Positions 1 to 6,487 of a stretch of DNA of 42,136 nt are shown in pieces. Source of the DNA: Candidatus Micrarchaeota archaeon CG1_02_49_24 (lineage in GTDB: Archaea; Micrarchaeota; Micrarchaeia; Anstonellales; UBA8471); NCBI GenBank assembly GCA_001871535.1, contig MNVF01000048.1, positions 1 to 42,136 of the forward strand, written 5' to 3'. A program made the translations under genes and the position numbers. The notes beneath the pieces are model-generated. The model saw only the letters and a list, made by a program, of their open reading frames with translations. It ran no database searches and was not told the origin of the DNA. Each line of letters begins with the position of its first letter. Positions within the stretch are counted from its first letter, which is position 1.

Positions 1-200
1 ATCAGATTTTCCGAAGAGCCTCTCTCGCTGATGCGAGAGACCCTGCACAATGTGCAGGGTATGAAGGCTCATTCGGAAATCCAGTTTTCGCTTGATAGCG
101 AAAATCTCAAGGACTGTTGTCCTTGAATTCTCGTGAAGTTGGCGCTTGGCATTCATCCCCGCCCGAAGGGCGGGGTATTCTGCCAACTTCACGATAAAAT
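1..200 (+). repeat. Hairpin-rich structured repeat, copy 1 (begins exactly at window edge)
   Basis: 5' 20-mer atcagattttccgaagagcc is shared with 29921 and 42019. Closing helix 4-20/66-81. Hairpins at 85-104 (ttttcgc/gcgaaaa) and 109-124 (aaggac-tgtt-gtcctt). Long helix 132-143/182-193 is capped by ccccgccc-gaa-gggcgggg (157-175). The 3' module is near-identical to 30091-30145. Confidence 0.7.
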
Positions 201-468
201 ACCGCGTCCTTGATGGGGATGCCAACAACAGATTGGATATCATTTGCAGGCTGCAGCCATCCACAGAATAGGCAGTGCTCACAGGTGGAGTAGTGACAGG
301 TGGCGTGGTTGGGGTTTGTGTTTGGGTATTGTTTGCTAGCGCTGGGTTTGTGTTTGGCGCGGTAGTATTTCCCTGACCGCCTGGGTTTAGTGGTGCTGTT
401 TGCTGAGCGCATCCGCTCAAAACCAGCATCAGCAGGACTGCTGCAAGAATAAATGTAATTTCTCTCAT
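1..468 (-). CDS. Lipoprotein-like ORF, 3' end undefined (frame stays open to the window edge through repeat copy 1)
   Basis: Not in the supplied track because there is no stop in the window. ATG at 468 is preceded by ggtgaggtgg. MREITFILAAVLLMLVLSGC is a lipobox-type signal, followed by a T/P/N/Q-rich linker. The translation of 1-200 is repeat sequence and is probably not genuine protein. Confidence 0.4.
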   Translation of the reverse strand, partial: MREITFILAAVLLMLVLSGCAQQTAPLNPGGQGNTTAPNTNPALANNTQTQTPTTPPVTTPPVSTAYSVDGCSLQMISNLLLASPSRTRYFIVKLAEYPALRAGMNAKRQLHENSRTTVLEIFAIKRKLDFRMSLHTLHIVQGLSHQRERLFGKSD

Positions 469-613
469 ATTTCCACCTCACCCTAAAGATTACCCTGATT
501 TTGGTGAAGCATTAATTTTTTTAAATCTGATTGCGATTTTGGGATTAAACCCCAAATTCCTTCACATTCACCCATTCCACGCTGATTAATACCGATTATT
601 AAAAATAGTTAAA

Positions 614-621
614 TTTATATA
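614..621 (+). promoter_or_regulatory. TATA-like box (tttatata) about 27 nt upstream of ATG 644
   Basis: A/T-rich octamer at the spacing expected for an archaeal promoter driving a leaderless mRNA. Recognised by eye only. Confidence 0.35.
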
Positions 622-643
622 GTTATTTATCTGTATCTTAACT

Positions 644-1519
644 ATGTGGTTAAATTTTAGTAAAATCGAAATATTGGTTCTTGAAAGACTATCTGAGGGC
701 AGCGCAGGCCCCGGGAAATTGGCAGGGGCACTTGGCAAAAAGAATAGCTTCATTTCCAGGGTCATAGGGAAACTGCTGCAAAAAGGAATGATAACAAAAA
801 ACGGTCATGAAATCTTGCTTTCCCAGGCAGCACACGCACAGAGCTTCAAGAGGCTTTACGACTCAAGGCCAAATGCCAGGATTGAGGACTGGCTTTGCGG
901 AAGCGCCATGGACGTAATGATAGTCCTTGCTGGTTTTGCGAGTGGCACTGACATAAAAACACTTGCACAGGAAGTTGCATGCTCGAAGCCAACAGTGTTT
1001 GGGGTGCTCAAGGCGCTTTATTCGGCAGGCGTGGCAGGCAAGCGTGGAAACACTATATGGATATGCGACTCATTTGTGTGCGAGTTTGCGCAAACCTATG
1101 CTGACGGCATCTGCCAGCTTCTCGTTTCAAAGGCAAATGGGCACAACATTTCAACCAGGGTAATAAAAAACGTCGTTGTCAGGACGGATGCGAAGGATGT
1201 TCCGCCCCTCTTTTCGCAAACCGGCATGAATGTGCTAATCGCGCGTGGCATGGATGCAATAAAGACTTCCTATGATGATTACTCCTTTAGCCTGGATATG
1301 AAAAAAAGGGCGGTTGGAGTGGAGGAGGCTTTCATAGATGCGCTTCTCCTGACGACGCTGCTGCTGCACCAGGACAATGTGGTGCTTGCCATTTTCCTTA
1401 AAAAGAACCGGAAAAGATTGAACATTGGAAAACTGCGGGAACTTGCGAAAAGATACAATGTGGCAGGCGAGCTTGATGCCATGCGCCAGGCGCTGGATTA
1501 TGCGGAAAAGGTCGGTTGA
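644..1519 (+). CDS. wHTH DNA-binding protein, partner of the downstream nucleotidyltransferase (AbiEi-like role)
   Basis: N-terminal winged-helix pattern (ILVLERL..GKLAGALGKKNSFISRVIGKLLQKGMI). Same architecture as 20309-21265. Its stop at 1517-1519 lies 1 nt before the next ATG. Confidence 0.6.
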   Translation: MWLNFSKIEILVLERLSEGSAGPGKLAGALGKKNSFISRVIGKLLQKGMITKNGHEILLSQAAHAQSFKRLYDSRPNARIEDWLCGSAMDVMIVLAGFASGTDIKTLAQEVACSKPTVFGVLKALYSAGVAGKRGNTIWICDSFVCEFAQTYADGICQLLVSKANGHNISTRVIKNVVVRTDAKDVPPLFSQTGMNVLIARGMDAIKTSYDDYSFSLDMKKRAVGVEEAFIDALLLTTLLLHQDNVVLAIFLKKNRKRLNIGKLRELAKRYNVAGELDAMRQALDYAEKVG

Positions 1520-1520
1520 T

Positions 1521-2264
1521 ATGGCAAAAATGTTTGGAAGAGAAGAGCTGTTGAAGGCGTTGGGGAAAATAGGCGCTGCGCTTGGCAGGGATGCCACAGT
1601 GTTTGTGCTCGGAGGCGGTGCAATGTGCTTTCGCAACCAGAAAGATGCCACCAAGGACCTCGACTTGGTATTTTTGAAAACGCACTCAGCGGGCAACTTT
1701 ACCAAATGTGCACGAAGAATCGGATTTGCAAGGCCGCCAAGCATTGGGAACGAATATCAAATGATGGGTGCCTACGACATACTTGAAAATGCGGACGGCT
1801 TCCGGCTTGACGTTTTCTGCAAAACGGTTTGCGGCGCACTCAGCCTGAGCCAACGGATGGAAAAAAGGGCCGAACCTTTTGGCAAGTTTGGCAGGCTGGA
1901 AGTACTGCTGGTTTCAAACGAAGACGTTATTCTTTTCAAGGCGATAACGCAGCGCGCAAGGGATGCAGACGACATAGCCGCGGTTGTGCGTGCTGCCAGG
2001 ATAAACTGGGATGCGATTTTGAACGAATGCAAGGAGCAAAGCATGGAGCACAAATGGTATGGGTTGGTTTACAACAAGCTTGCGGAGATTGAGGAGAAGC
2101 ACGGAATATCTGCCCAGATAATGGGCGAACTATTGGAACTTGACAAGAAAACCATACTTGAGGATGCATACGCCGAAATGCTTTCGCGCGGCATGAAACG
2201 GGAAGATGCGCTTGCCGAACTAGGAAAAAAAGGCTTCACGAAAAAGGAGCTAGAGGGGTTGTAG
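1521..2264 (+). CDS. Minimal nucleotidyltransferase-fold protein (AbiEii/DUF6036-like)
   Basis: VFVLGGGAMCFRNQKDATKDLDLVF matches the G-x-[SA]...D-x-D NTase signature. Paralog of 21252-21881 (IYLIGGCAMAFRGLKEVTKDIDIVF). The track ORF starts at 1425, but ATG 1521 directly follows the upstream stop. Confidence 0.6.
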   Translation: MAKMFGREELLKALGKIGAALGRDATVFVLGGGAMCFRNQKDATKDLDLVFLKTHSAGNFTKCARRIGFARPPSIGNEYQMMGAYDILENADGFRLDVFCKTVCGALSLSQRMEKRAEPFGKFGRLEVLLVSNEDVILFKAITQRARDADDIAAVVRAARINWDAILNECKEQSMEHKWYGLVYNKLAEIEEKHGISAQIMGELLELDKKTILEDAYAEMLSRGMKREDALAELGKKGFTKKELEGL

Positions 2265-2879
2265 ATGAAAATGCTTTATCCGTCATTCGCCCCGCCTGCA
2301 AGGTGGAGAAGTGCGCTGCAGGGGAAGTTGCTTGAAAACCCAGCCTGGCGGCAATTGCGGCGGAAAATTTTGGATAGGGATGACTGCACCTGCAACTATT
2401 GCGGTTATCGTTCAGAGAAATTCCAGATAGTTGACCACATTGATGGGAACCCTGAAAACAATGCGGAGAACAACCTTCAAGTGGTATGCCAGATGTGCAA
2501 CCTGATAAAGCACGCAGGGCAGGGCTGCGTAATCGTCGGAATTGTTGACCTCTACAAAAAGTCGAAATTCACCCAGAACGAAATAATCCGCATAGCGCGG
2601 GACATGAGAGACTGTGGCGCAAGCGATGAGAGGATAATAATGCGCATTGGGCTTGAAGAAACGGCGCGGTTCAGGCAGGACCTGGACTACTTGAAAGGAT
2701 TGTATGGTTTTGTGACTTCAAGGCCAAGCCAGGATAGGAATGATATGTACAGCAAATGGGTGGAATACCATAAATTGCACAATAGCCGGACAAACATGGA
2801 CAGGCACCAGGCAAGACTGATGGAGCAGAATGAGCAAGAGGATTTTACGAAGAGCCCCTGCCTAATGAGGGGGTTCTAA
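2265..2879 (+). CDS. HNH endonuclease-domain protein
   Basis: CNYCGYRS..IVDHIDGNPENNAENNLQVVCQMCNLIKH gives CxxC...DH...N...N...CxxCN..KH. ATG 2265 immediately follows the stop of the NTase gene. Confidence 0.8.
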   Translation: MKMLYPSFAPPARWRSALQGKLLENPAWRQLRRKILDRDDCTCNYCGYRSEKFQIVDHIDGNPENNAENNLQVVCQMCNLIKHAGQGCVIVGIVDLYKKSKFTQNEIIRIARDMRDCGASDERIIMRIGLEETARFRQDLDYLKGLYGFVTSRPSQDRNDMYSKWVEYHKLHNSRTNMDRHQARLMEQNEQEDFTKSPCLMRGF

Positions 2880-2895
2880 GGGGTTCTTCCCTATT

Positions 2896-3705
2896 TCATA
2901 TCCCAAACTCCTTCACATTCACCCACTCAGCGCTGATTAATGCCCACCAGTCAAGCGCAAGCCCCTGGAGGACGTATTCATATGGCAGGTAGCCATAGCC
3001 CTTGTCCCCCCACTCATCGCCCCAGGAATTCCTTATTATGAACGCGCCGGTGGATTTCCCTATTCTCATGCCGTCATCATATCCAACTGCCAGAACCGCA
3101 TGGCCCCCAAGCACTGATTCGCCCTTTTCAGGGAACGGGATTTTGCCTTCCTTTGCTTCCCTGATTGAGTTATAGACAGTAAACCCGAACATTACCGGGA
3201 TTTCCCCTGCCAGCGTTTCCCGTATGTTTTGTAGGATTTTTTCCTCAGATTTTGCCTGCTCGTCCAATCGGAAGTATTTGAGCGCCTGGTAATTCTGGGC
3301 AAATGAGTAGCAAAAGGCCGGGGGCTCGCTGTCAATTTCTTTCTCAGAATATTCCCAATACTTCTCAGGCGGGGCGCCGAAGAGTACGAGCGCGCCCATG
3401 GTTGTGCGGATATAAGCGCCGGTATCGCCTGTCTGCTGCATCAAATTCCTGGTTGCCTTGTAGATGAACAATCTTGAGACGGTTTCGCTTACTCCCAGCG
3501 CCTTCTTCCTTGAGAATTCGCAGATGCCCGCCGCGGCGTTGGCAGTGCAGGAGCCGATGTTGCCCTGATTAAAGATTGGTGTGCAGTATTTGCGCAGGTC
3601 AACCCTTTCAGAGGGCGCTGTTTGCTTCAGAAGCGAGCTTATTTCGGTTGTGTCTTTTGTGTAATCCCTTGTATCAGGAATGTCTGGAATCCAGCCGAAT
3701 TTCAT
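2896..3705 (-). CDS. Papain-like (C1 family) cysteine peptidase
   Basis: NQGNIGSCTANAAAG (catalytic Cys), GGHAVLAVGYDD (His) and IRNSWGDEWGDKGYGYLPYEY (Asn-Ser-Trp). MKFGW at 3705 is the likely start. The track extension to 3798 translates an A/T-rich promoter. Confidence 0.85.
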   Translation of the reverse strand: MKFGWIPDIPDTRDYTKDTTEISSLLKQTAPSERVDLRKYCTPIFNQGNIGSCTANAAAGICEFSRKKALGVSETVSRLFIYKATRNLMQQTGDTGAYIRTTMGALVLFGAPPEKYWEYSEKEIDSEPPAFCYSFAQNYQALKYFRLDEQAKSEEKILQNIRETLAGEIPVMFGFTVYNSIREAKEGKIPFPEKGESVLGGHAVLAVGYDDGMRIGKSTGAFIIRNSWGDEWGDKGYGYLPYEYVLQGLALDWWALISAEWVNVKEFGI

Positions 3706-3867
3706 AGAAACCACCGCGATAAAGTATATACAAATGATTAGATAAAATGAAGGGTTGGAAACTGATACTTGCTCGAAAAGGATAAAATCATTAAACAAAA
3801 CTAGATTTAATCCAATTTAATTGAATGGATTCCACCAGTCTCTGACTTGACCCTTGTGTCAGGATTG

Positions 3868-3955
3868 GATTTTACGAAGATACTGCGTATCATTCGAAAC
3901 CCGGATTGAGCCAATTAGGCTCAATAGTGCCGCATGCAGCATTTGCTGCATACGG
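3868..3955 (+). repeat. Degenerate member of the structured repeat family (5' module only)
   Basis: gattttacgaaga..tcattcgaaa closing helix as in copy 2, followed by hairpins attgagcc-aatt-aggctcaat and gcatgcagc-attt-gctgcat. Confidence 0.4.
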
Positions 3956-3969
3956 TCCTGCGCCGTTGC

Positions 3970-3987
3970 GATGAACTGCGAGGAAAC
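3970..3987. repeat. 18-nt direct repeat gatgaactgcgaggaaac (left copy) flanking the AbiE cassette
   Basis: Identical 18-mer at 5852-5869. Both encode VSSQFI on the minus strand in frame with flanking gene halves. Confidence 0.8.
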
Positions 3988-4095
3988 CCTCACCCCCCTG
4001 CCGCGCAGGTATATTCCCACGCTGTTTTTGGATGAAGTGCCTTTCGGGGGAAAGCGCATCGCTATCCATAAAAGAGTCAGAAATTCTCGTGTCAT
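3988..4095 (-). pseudogene. N-terminal half of a DUF1931/histone-fold-like small gene (separated from its C-terminal half)
   Basis: ..SSKNSVGIYLRGRGVR then the VSSQFI core. After the core, the reading frame continues into unrelated or repeat sequence (track ORF 3859-4095). Confidence 0.35.
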
Positions 4096-4165
4096 TTTAC
4101 TTATATACCTGCCACGACATCATGCAGTGGAGGGCCTTGCGCCATTTCCCGTGCCATGGGGGCGT

Positions 4166-4966
4166 TCAGGCTTGCACATTCTCCAAAAACCGGTTGACCT
4201 GGTCCGCAACGATATTTCTTCCGTATCTGTTTTCAGTAAAAATTTCAACCTGGAACGGGCCCATCTGGTTCGCGTTCATGAACTTCTCCCTGACAACCGA
4301 AAGGGAATGCGCAAGCAGCTTTTCCATTCCCGGTGCAAGCTTCCTGCCGGAAACGGCCTTATTGAAATATTCCGCAGCCATCTCCGGGCTTCCGCCATAG
4401 TGCGTGAGCGCAAAAACATCATAGGAGTCCTTCGGCTTTGCCCTTCCGTCCAGTGCCTGCCCCTTGAGCGCGAGCGAGCCGACTAGGTCAGCCACCTTTA
4501 TGCTGGTTTTCACAGCCCCGTTGCCAGGCAGAACCGTTTCCACCTCCTGCCCGAAGTTGAACTCAAAAGCGAGATTCAGGCCTTCAAACGTGAAAGCCTG
4601 CAGGTCAGCCTGCACGTCCTTCAGGCCAATGTACTTTGCGCCTTCCTTGTCGCAGAGAAAGTCAAGGTGGATGCCATAGTCCTTGCCGTCAACCGGCGAT
4701 TTCACATCCCTTGAAAACCTGAATTCGTTCTCCTGTTCATAGCCAAGCCCGAGGACGCTCTTCTTTATCGTGTCGTATTTCTGCATCACTTTTGTGCGGA
4801 GCGCCAAATCTATGTCTATGCTCCCGCAATGGTCGAAATGCCCCCTTGTTATGAAATAAGGCGCCCGGCCTCCGGTAAGCACGATATCATTGTGGTATCG
4901 CTTCAATTCCAGGCCAAGCTCAAGCAGGGCTGATTTTGACGCGCTGGTTTCCTGAGTTCCATACAT
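4166..4966 (-). CDS. abiEii: AbiEii-type nucleotidyltransferase (type IV TA toxin family)
   Basis: IVLTGGRAPYFITRGHFDHCGSIDIDLAL NTase signature. 266 aa. Lies 4 nt downstream of the AbiEi-like gene. Confidence 0.7.
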   Translation of the reverse strand: MYGTQETSASKSALLELGLELKRYHNDIVLTGGRAPYFITRGHFDHCGSIDIDLALRTKVMQKYDTIKKSVLGLGYEQENEFRFSRDVKSPVDGKDYGIHLDFLCDKEGAKYIGLKDVQADLQAFTFEGLNLAFEFNFGQEVETVLPGNGAVKTSIKVADLVGSLALKGQALDGRAKPKDSYDVFALTHYGGSPEMAAEYFNKAVSGRKLAPGMEKLLAHSLSVVREKFMNANQMGPFQVEIFTENRYGRNIVADQVNRFLENVQA

Positions 4967-4970
4967 GGGC

Positions 4971-5633
4971 TCATTTCCCCTCTTTCCATCGTTTTTGGAT
5001 ATTTTTCAGTATCTCCCCGGCCGCCTCTTCGCCCCTCCCGGGATAATTCAGCAAATCCGCATAGAGCTGCACGTCTGAAACAACCCTCACGCCATCTATC
5101 GGGTTTGAACCGTAAAAAACACCGCTATTGCCGGCAATCGCGAACTTCACGTTCCCCCCGCTCTCAATCGGCCTTAGCCCGGCCATGCCTGCCCAGTATT
5201 CCGCGTCTTTTTCATTTCTCACGTATATGTGCGCACCCATCGGCCTTACGAACGGCGCGGAAAGGAGCGCGCCTGCCTGGCAGGTGAACGCATATTCCGG
5301 GCCCTGTTTTCCCTTGAAACGCGCGAACAGGAGGGAGACATCATTTTCCTCCATATAATACTCAAGGAAGCGCGTGTTTGCGGCAAAGTTGCGGTAGTTC
5401 GCCCAGCGGCGCAGCAGGTCTTCAGGGGCCATAATCTTAAGCCCGCCCCTGTCAGTGTCGCGCAGTGCCGCCCGTTCATTTATGAGCGCCCTGCTGACCG
5501 CGGATGCCCAGCGCAGCGAAACCCCGGCTTCCTTGCAAATCTCGCGGAGAGTCCAGGTTTTCGGATATTTCACAAGCAGGGCCCGGAGAATATCCTCTGC
5601 CTTGCCCCGGAAGATGTTCACTGTTGCCGCCAT
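4971..5633 (-). CDS. abiEi: AbiEi-type wHTH antitoxin/transcriptional regulator
   Basis: N-terminal wHTH (WTLREICKEAGVSLRWASAVSRALINE). C-terminal VSDVQLYADLLNYPGRGEEAAGEIL is typical of AbiEi C-domains. Confidence 0.65.
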   Translation of the reverse strand: MAATVNIFRGKAEDILRALLVKYPKTWTLREICKEAGVSLRWASAVSRALINERAALRDTDRGGLKIMAPEDLLRRWANYRNFAANTRFLEYYMEENDVSLLFARFKGKQGPEYAFTCQAGALLSAPFVRPMGAHIYVRNEKDAEYWAGMAGLRPIESGGNVKFAIAGNSGVFYGSNPIDGVRVVSDVQLYADLLNYPGRGEEAAGEILKNIQKRWKEGK

Positions 5634-5755
5634 GCAAATACTATGTTTACCTATATTTATATATGTTTACTTTATGTATACATAACTTCTGCGCGAGAGG
5701 ATGTTTACCTTCCTTTATATATGTTTACTAAAAGTAAACATACTCGCCCGACCCC

Positions 5756-5851
5756 TTACAAATCCTGCGGCATCACCGTGCTCCTTCCGTTCTTTTCCGC
5801 CCTTTTGATTGCAGCTTCAAGGATTTCCTTTACTTTCGCATCGAGTTGCGG
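5756..5851 (-). pseudogene. C-terminal half of a DUF1931/histone-fold-like small gene
   Basis: PQLDAKVKEILEAAIKRAEKNGRSTVMPQDL* directly follows the VSSQFI core. Sequence upstream of the core (track ORF up to 5947) does not resemble the family N-terminus. Confidence 0.5.
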
Positions 5852-5869
5852 GATGAACTGCGAGGAAAC
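5852..5869. repeat. 18-nt direct repeat gatgaactgcgaggaaac (right copy)
   Basis: Identical to 3970-3987. Extended similarity gttgcg(g)gatgaactgcgaggaaac. Confidence 0.8.
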
Positions 5870-6038
5870 TCGCCCGGCTGGGCGAAGAGCTCGTTCCAGT
5901 GGAAGTGAAATACCAGAATCAGATAAGCAACAGCGATTACAATGCAATCAGGAAATTCAAGCACGGCATAATAGCAACCAAAAAAACGTTTGAGGCAAAG
6001 GGCCAGCATGTTGCGATACCATTGCCGATACTGCTGCT

Positions 6039-6080
6039 ATTCGTATGAATGCCGGGAAGCCAGCCGAATTTCATAGAAAC
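6039..6080 (-). pseudogene. Remnant of a second peptidase 5' end plus upstream region
   Basis: ccagccgaatttcatagaaac (6060-6080) is identical to 3691-3711. It encodes MKFGWLPGIHT.. versus MKFGWIPDIPDT.., then diverges. Confidence 0.6.
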
Positions 6081-6221
6081 ACCCAAAAGAATTTTTATAA
6101 ATAAGGAGAATATAATGGGAGGGGGTTGGATGGTTGATTAGATTTGTCACAGCTTCAGCATATCTCTCAAAATAGCTGCCATGCTTGCTATGTCCTCCTG
6201 TTCCATAAAAAGGGAAAGTTA

Positions 6222-6350
6222 TTATTGGGGTTCGGTTTTGGAGTGTTCTCTTTCGTATTTTAACCAGTCCAGGTCGCTTGCGTCATTCCAGGCTTTGAAC
6301 TCTTCCTTCATCTCTTTTTCTGTGGGTTTAGATTTTGATGTTCTTTTCAT
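6222..6350 (-). CDS. Small hypothetical ORF (42 aa), not in track
   Basis: MKRTSKSKPTEKEMKEEFKAWNDASDLDWLKYEREHSKTEPQ*. It starts right after the aattgaatggattccacc motif. No recognisable family. Confidence 0.25.
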   Translation of the reverse strand: MKRTSKSKPTEKEMKEEFKAWNDASDLDWLKYEREHSKTEPQ

Positions 6351-6360
6351 TCAATTGAAT

Positions 6361-6487
6361 GGATTCCACCTGTCGAGCCGATGCAACCACCAGTCAGAGA
6401 CAGGTGAAATCCATAGCGTCAACAAGCATGCGCCCCGAGCGAAGCGAGCAAGCCACTGGTCTATGACCAGTGGTGGGCGCATGCTTA
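6361..6487. other. Two large palindromes immediately 3' of hsdR (possible terminator or repeat)
   Basis: ggattccacctgtc (6361-6374) pairs with gacaggtgaaatcc (6399-6412). aagcatgcgccc (6424-6435) pairs with gggcgcatgctt (6475-6486) and encloses ccactggtc-tat-gaccagtgg (6453-6473). The outer 3' arm overlaps the hsdR stop. Confidence 0.45.

Noticed and set aside
21-66. Hammerhead or C/D-box-like motifs inside the repeat (gctgatgcgag, tatgaagg)
   Set aside because: Only partial CUGAUG-like strings are present. There is no GAAA/UH core arrangement for a hammerhead and no paired C/D + C'/D' boxes at sRNA spacing.
107-481. Track ORF (124 aa, minus strand) near the window start
   Set aside because: A different minus-strand frame starting at ATG 468 has a strong ggtgaggtgg upstream and a clean lipoprotein signal. 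The 107-481 ORF has no features, and its 3' part translates repeat hairpins.
3706-3798. N-terminal extension of the peptidase ORF (track start 3798)
   Set aside because: The extension translates an A/T-rich promoter-like region. The duplicated remnant at 6074 starts at the same MKFGW methionine, which supports 3705 as the start.
3854-4486. Track ORFs 3854-4486 (+), 4032-4400 (+) and 5229-5993 (+)
   Set aside because: They are antisense to the AbiEii/AbiEi genes or span promoter and repeat sequence. They show no motifs and are inconsistent with the tight minus-strand gene pair.
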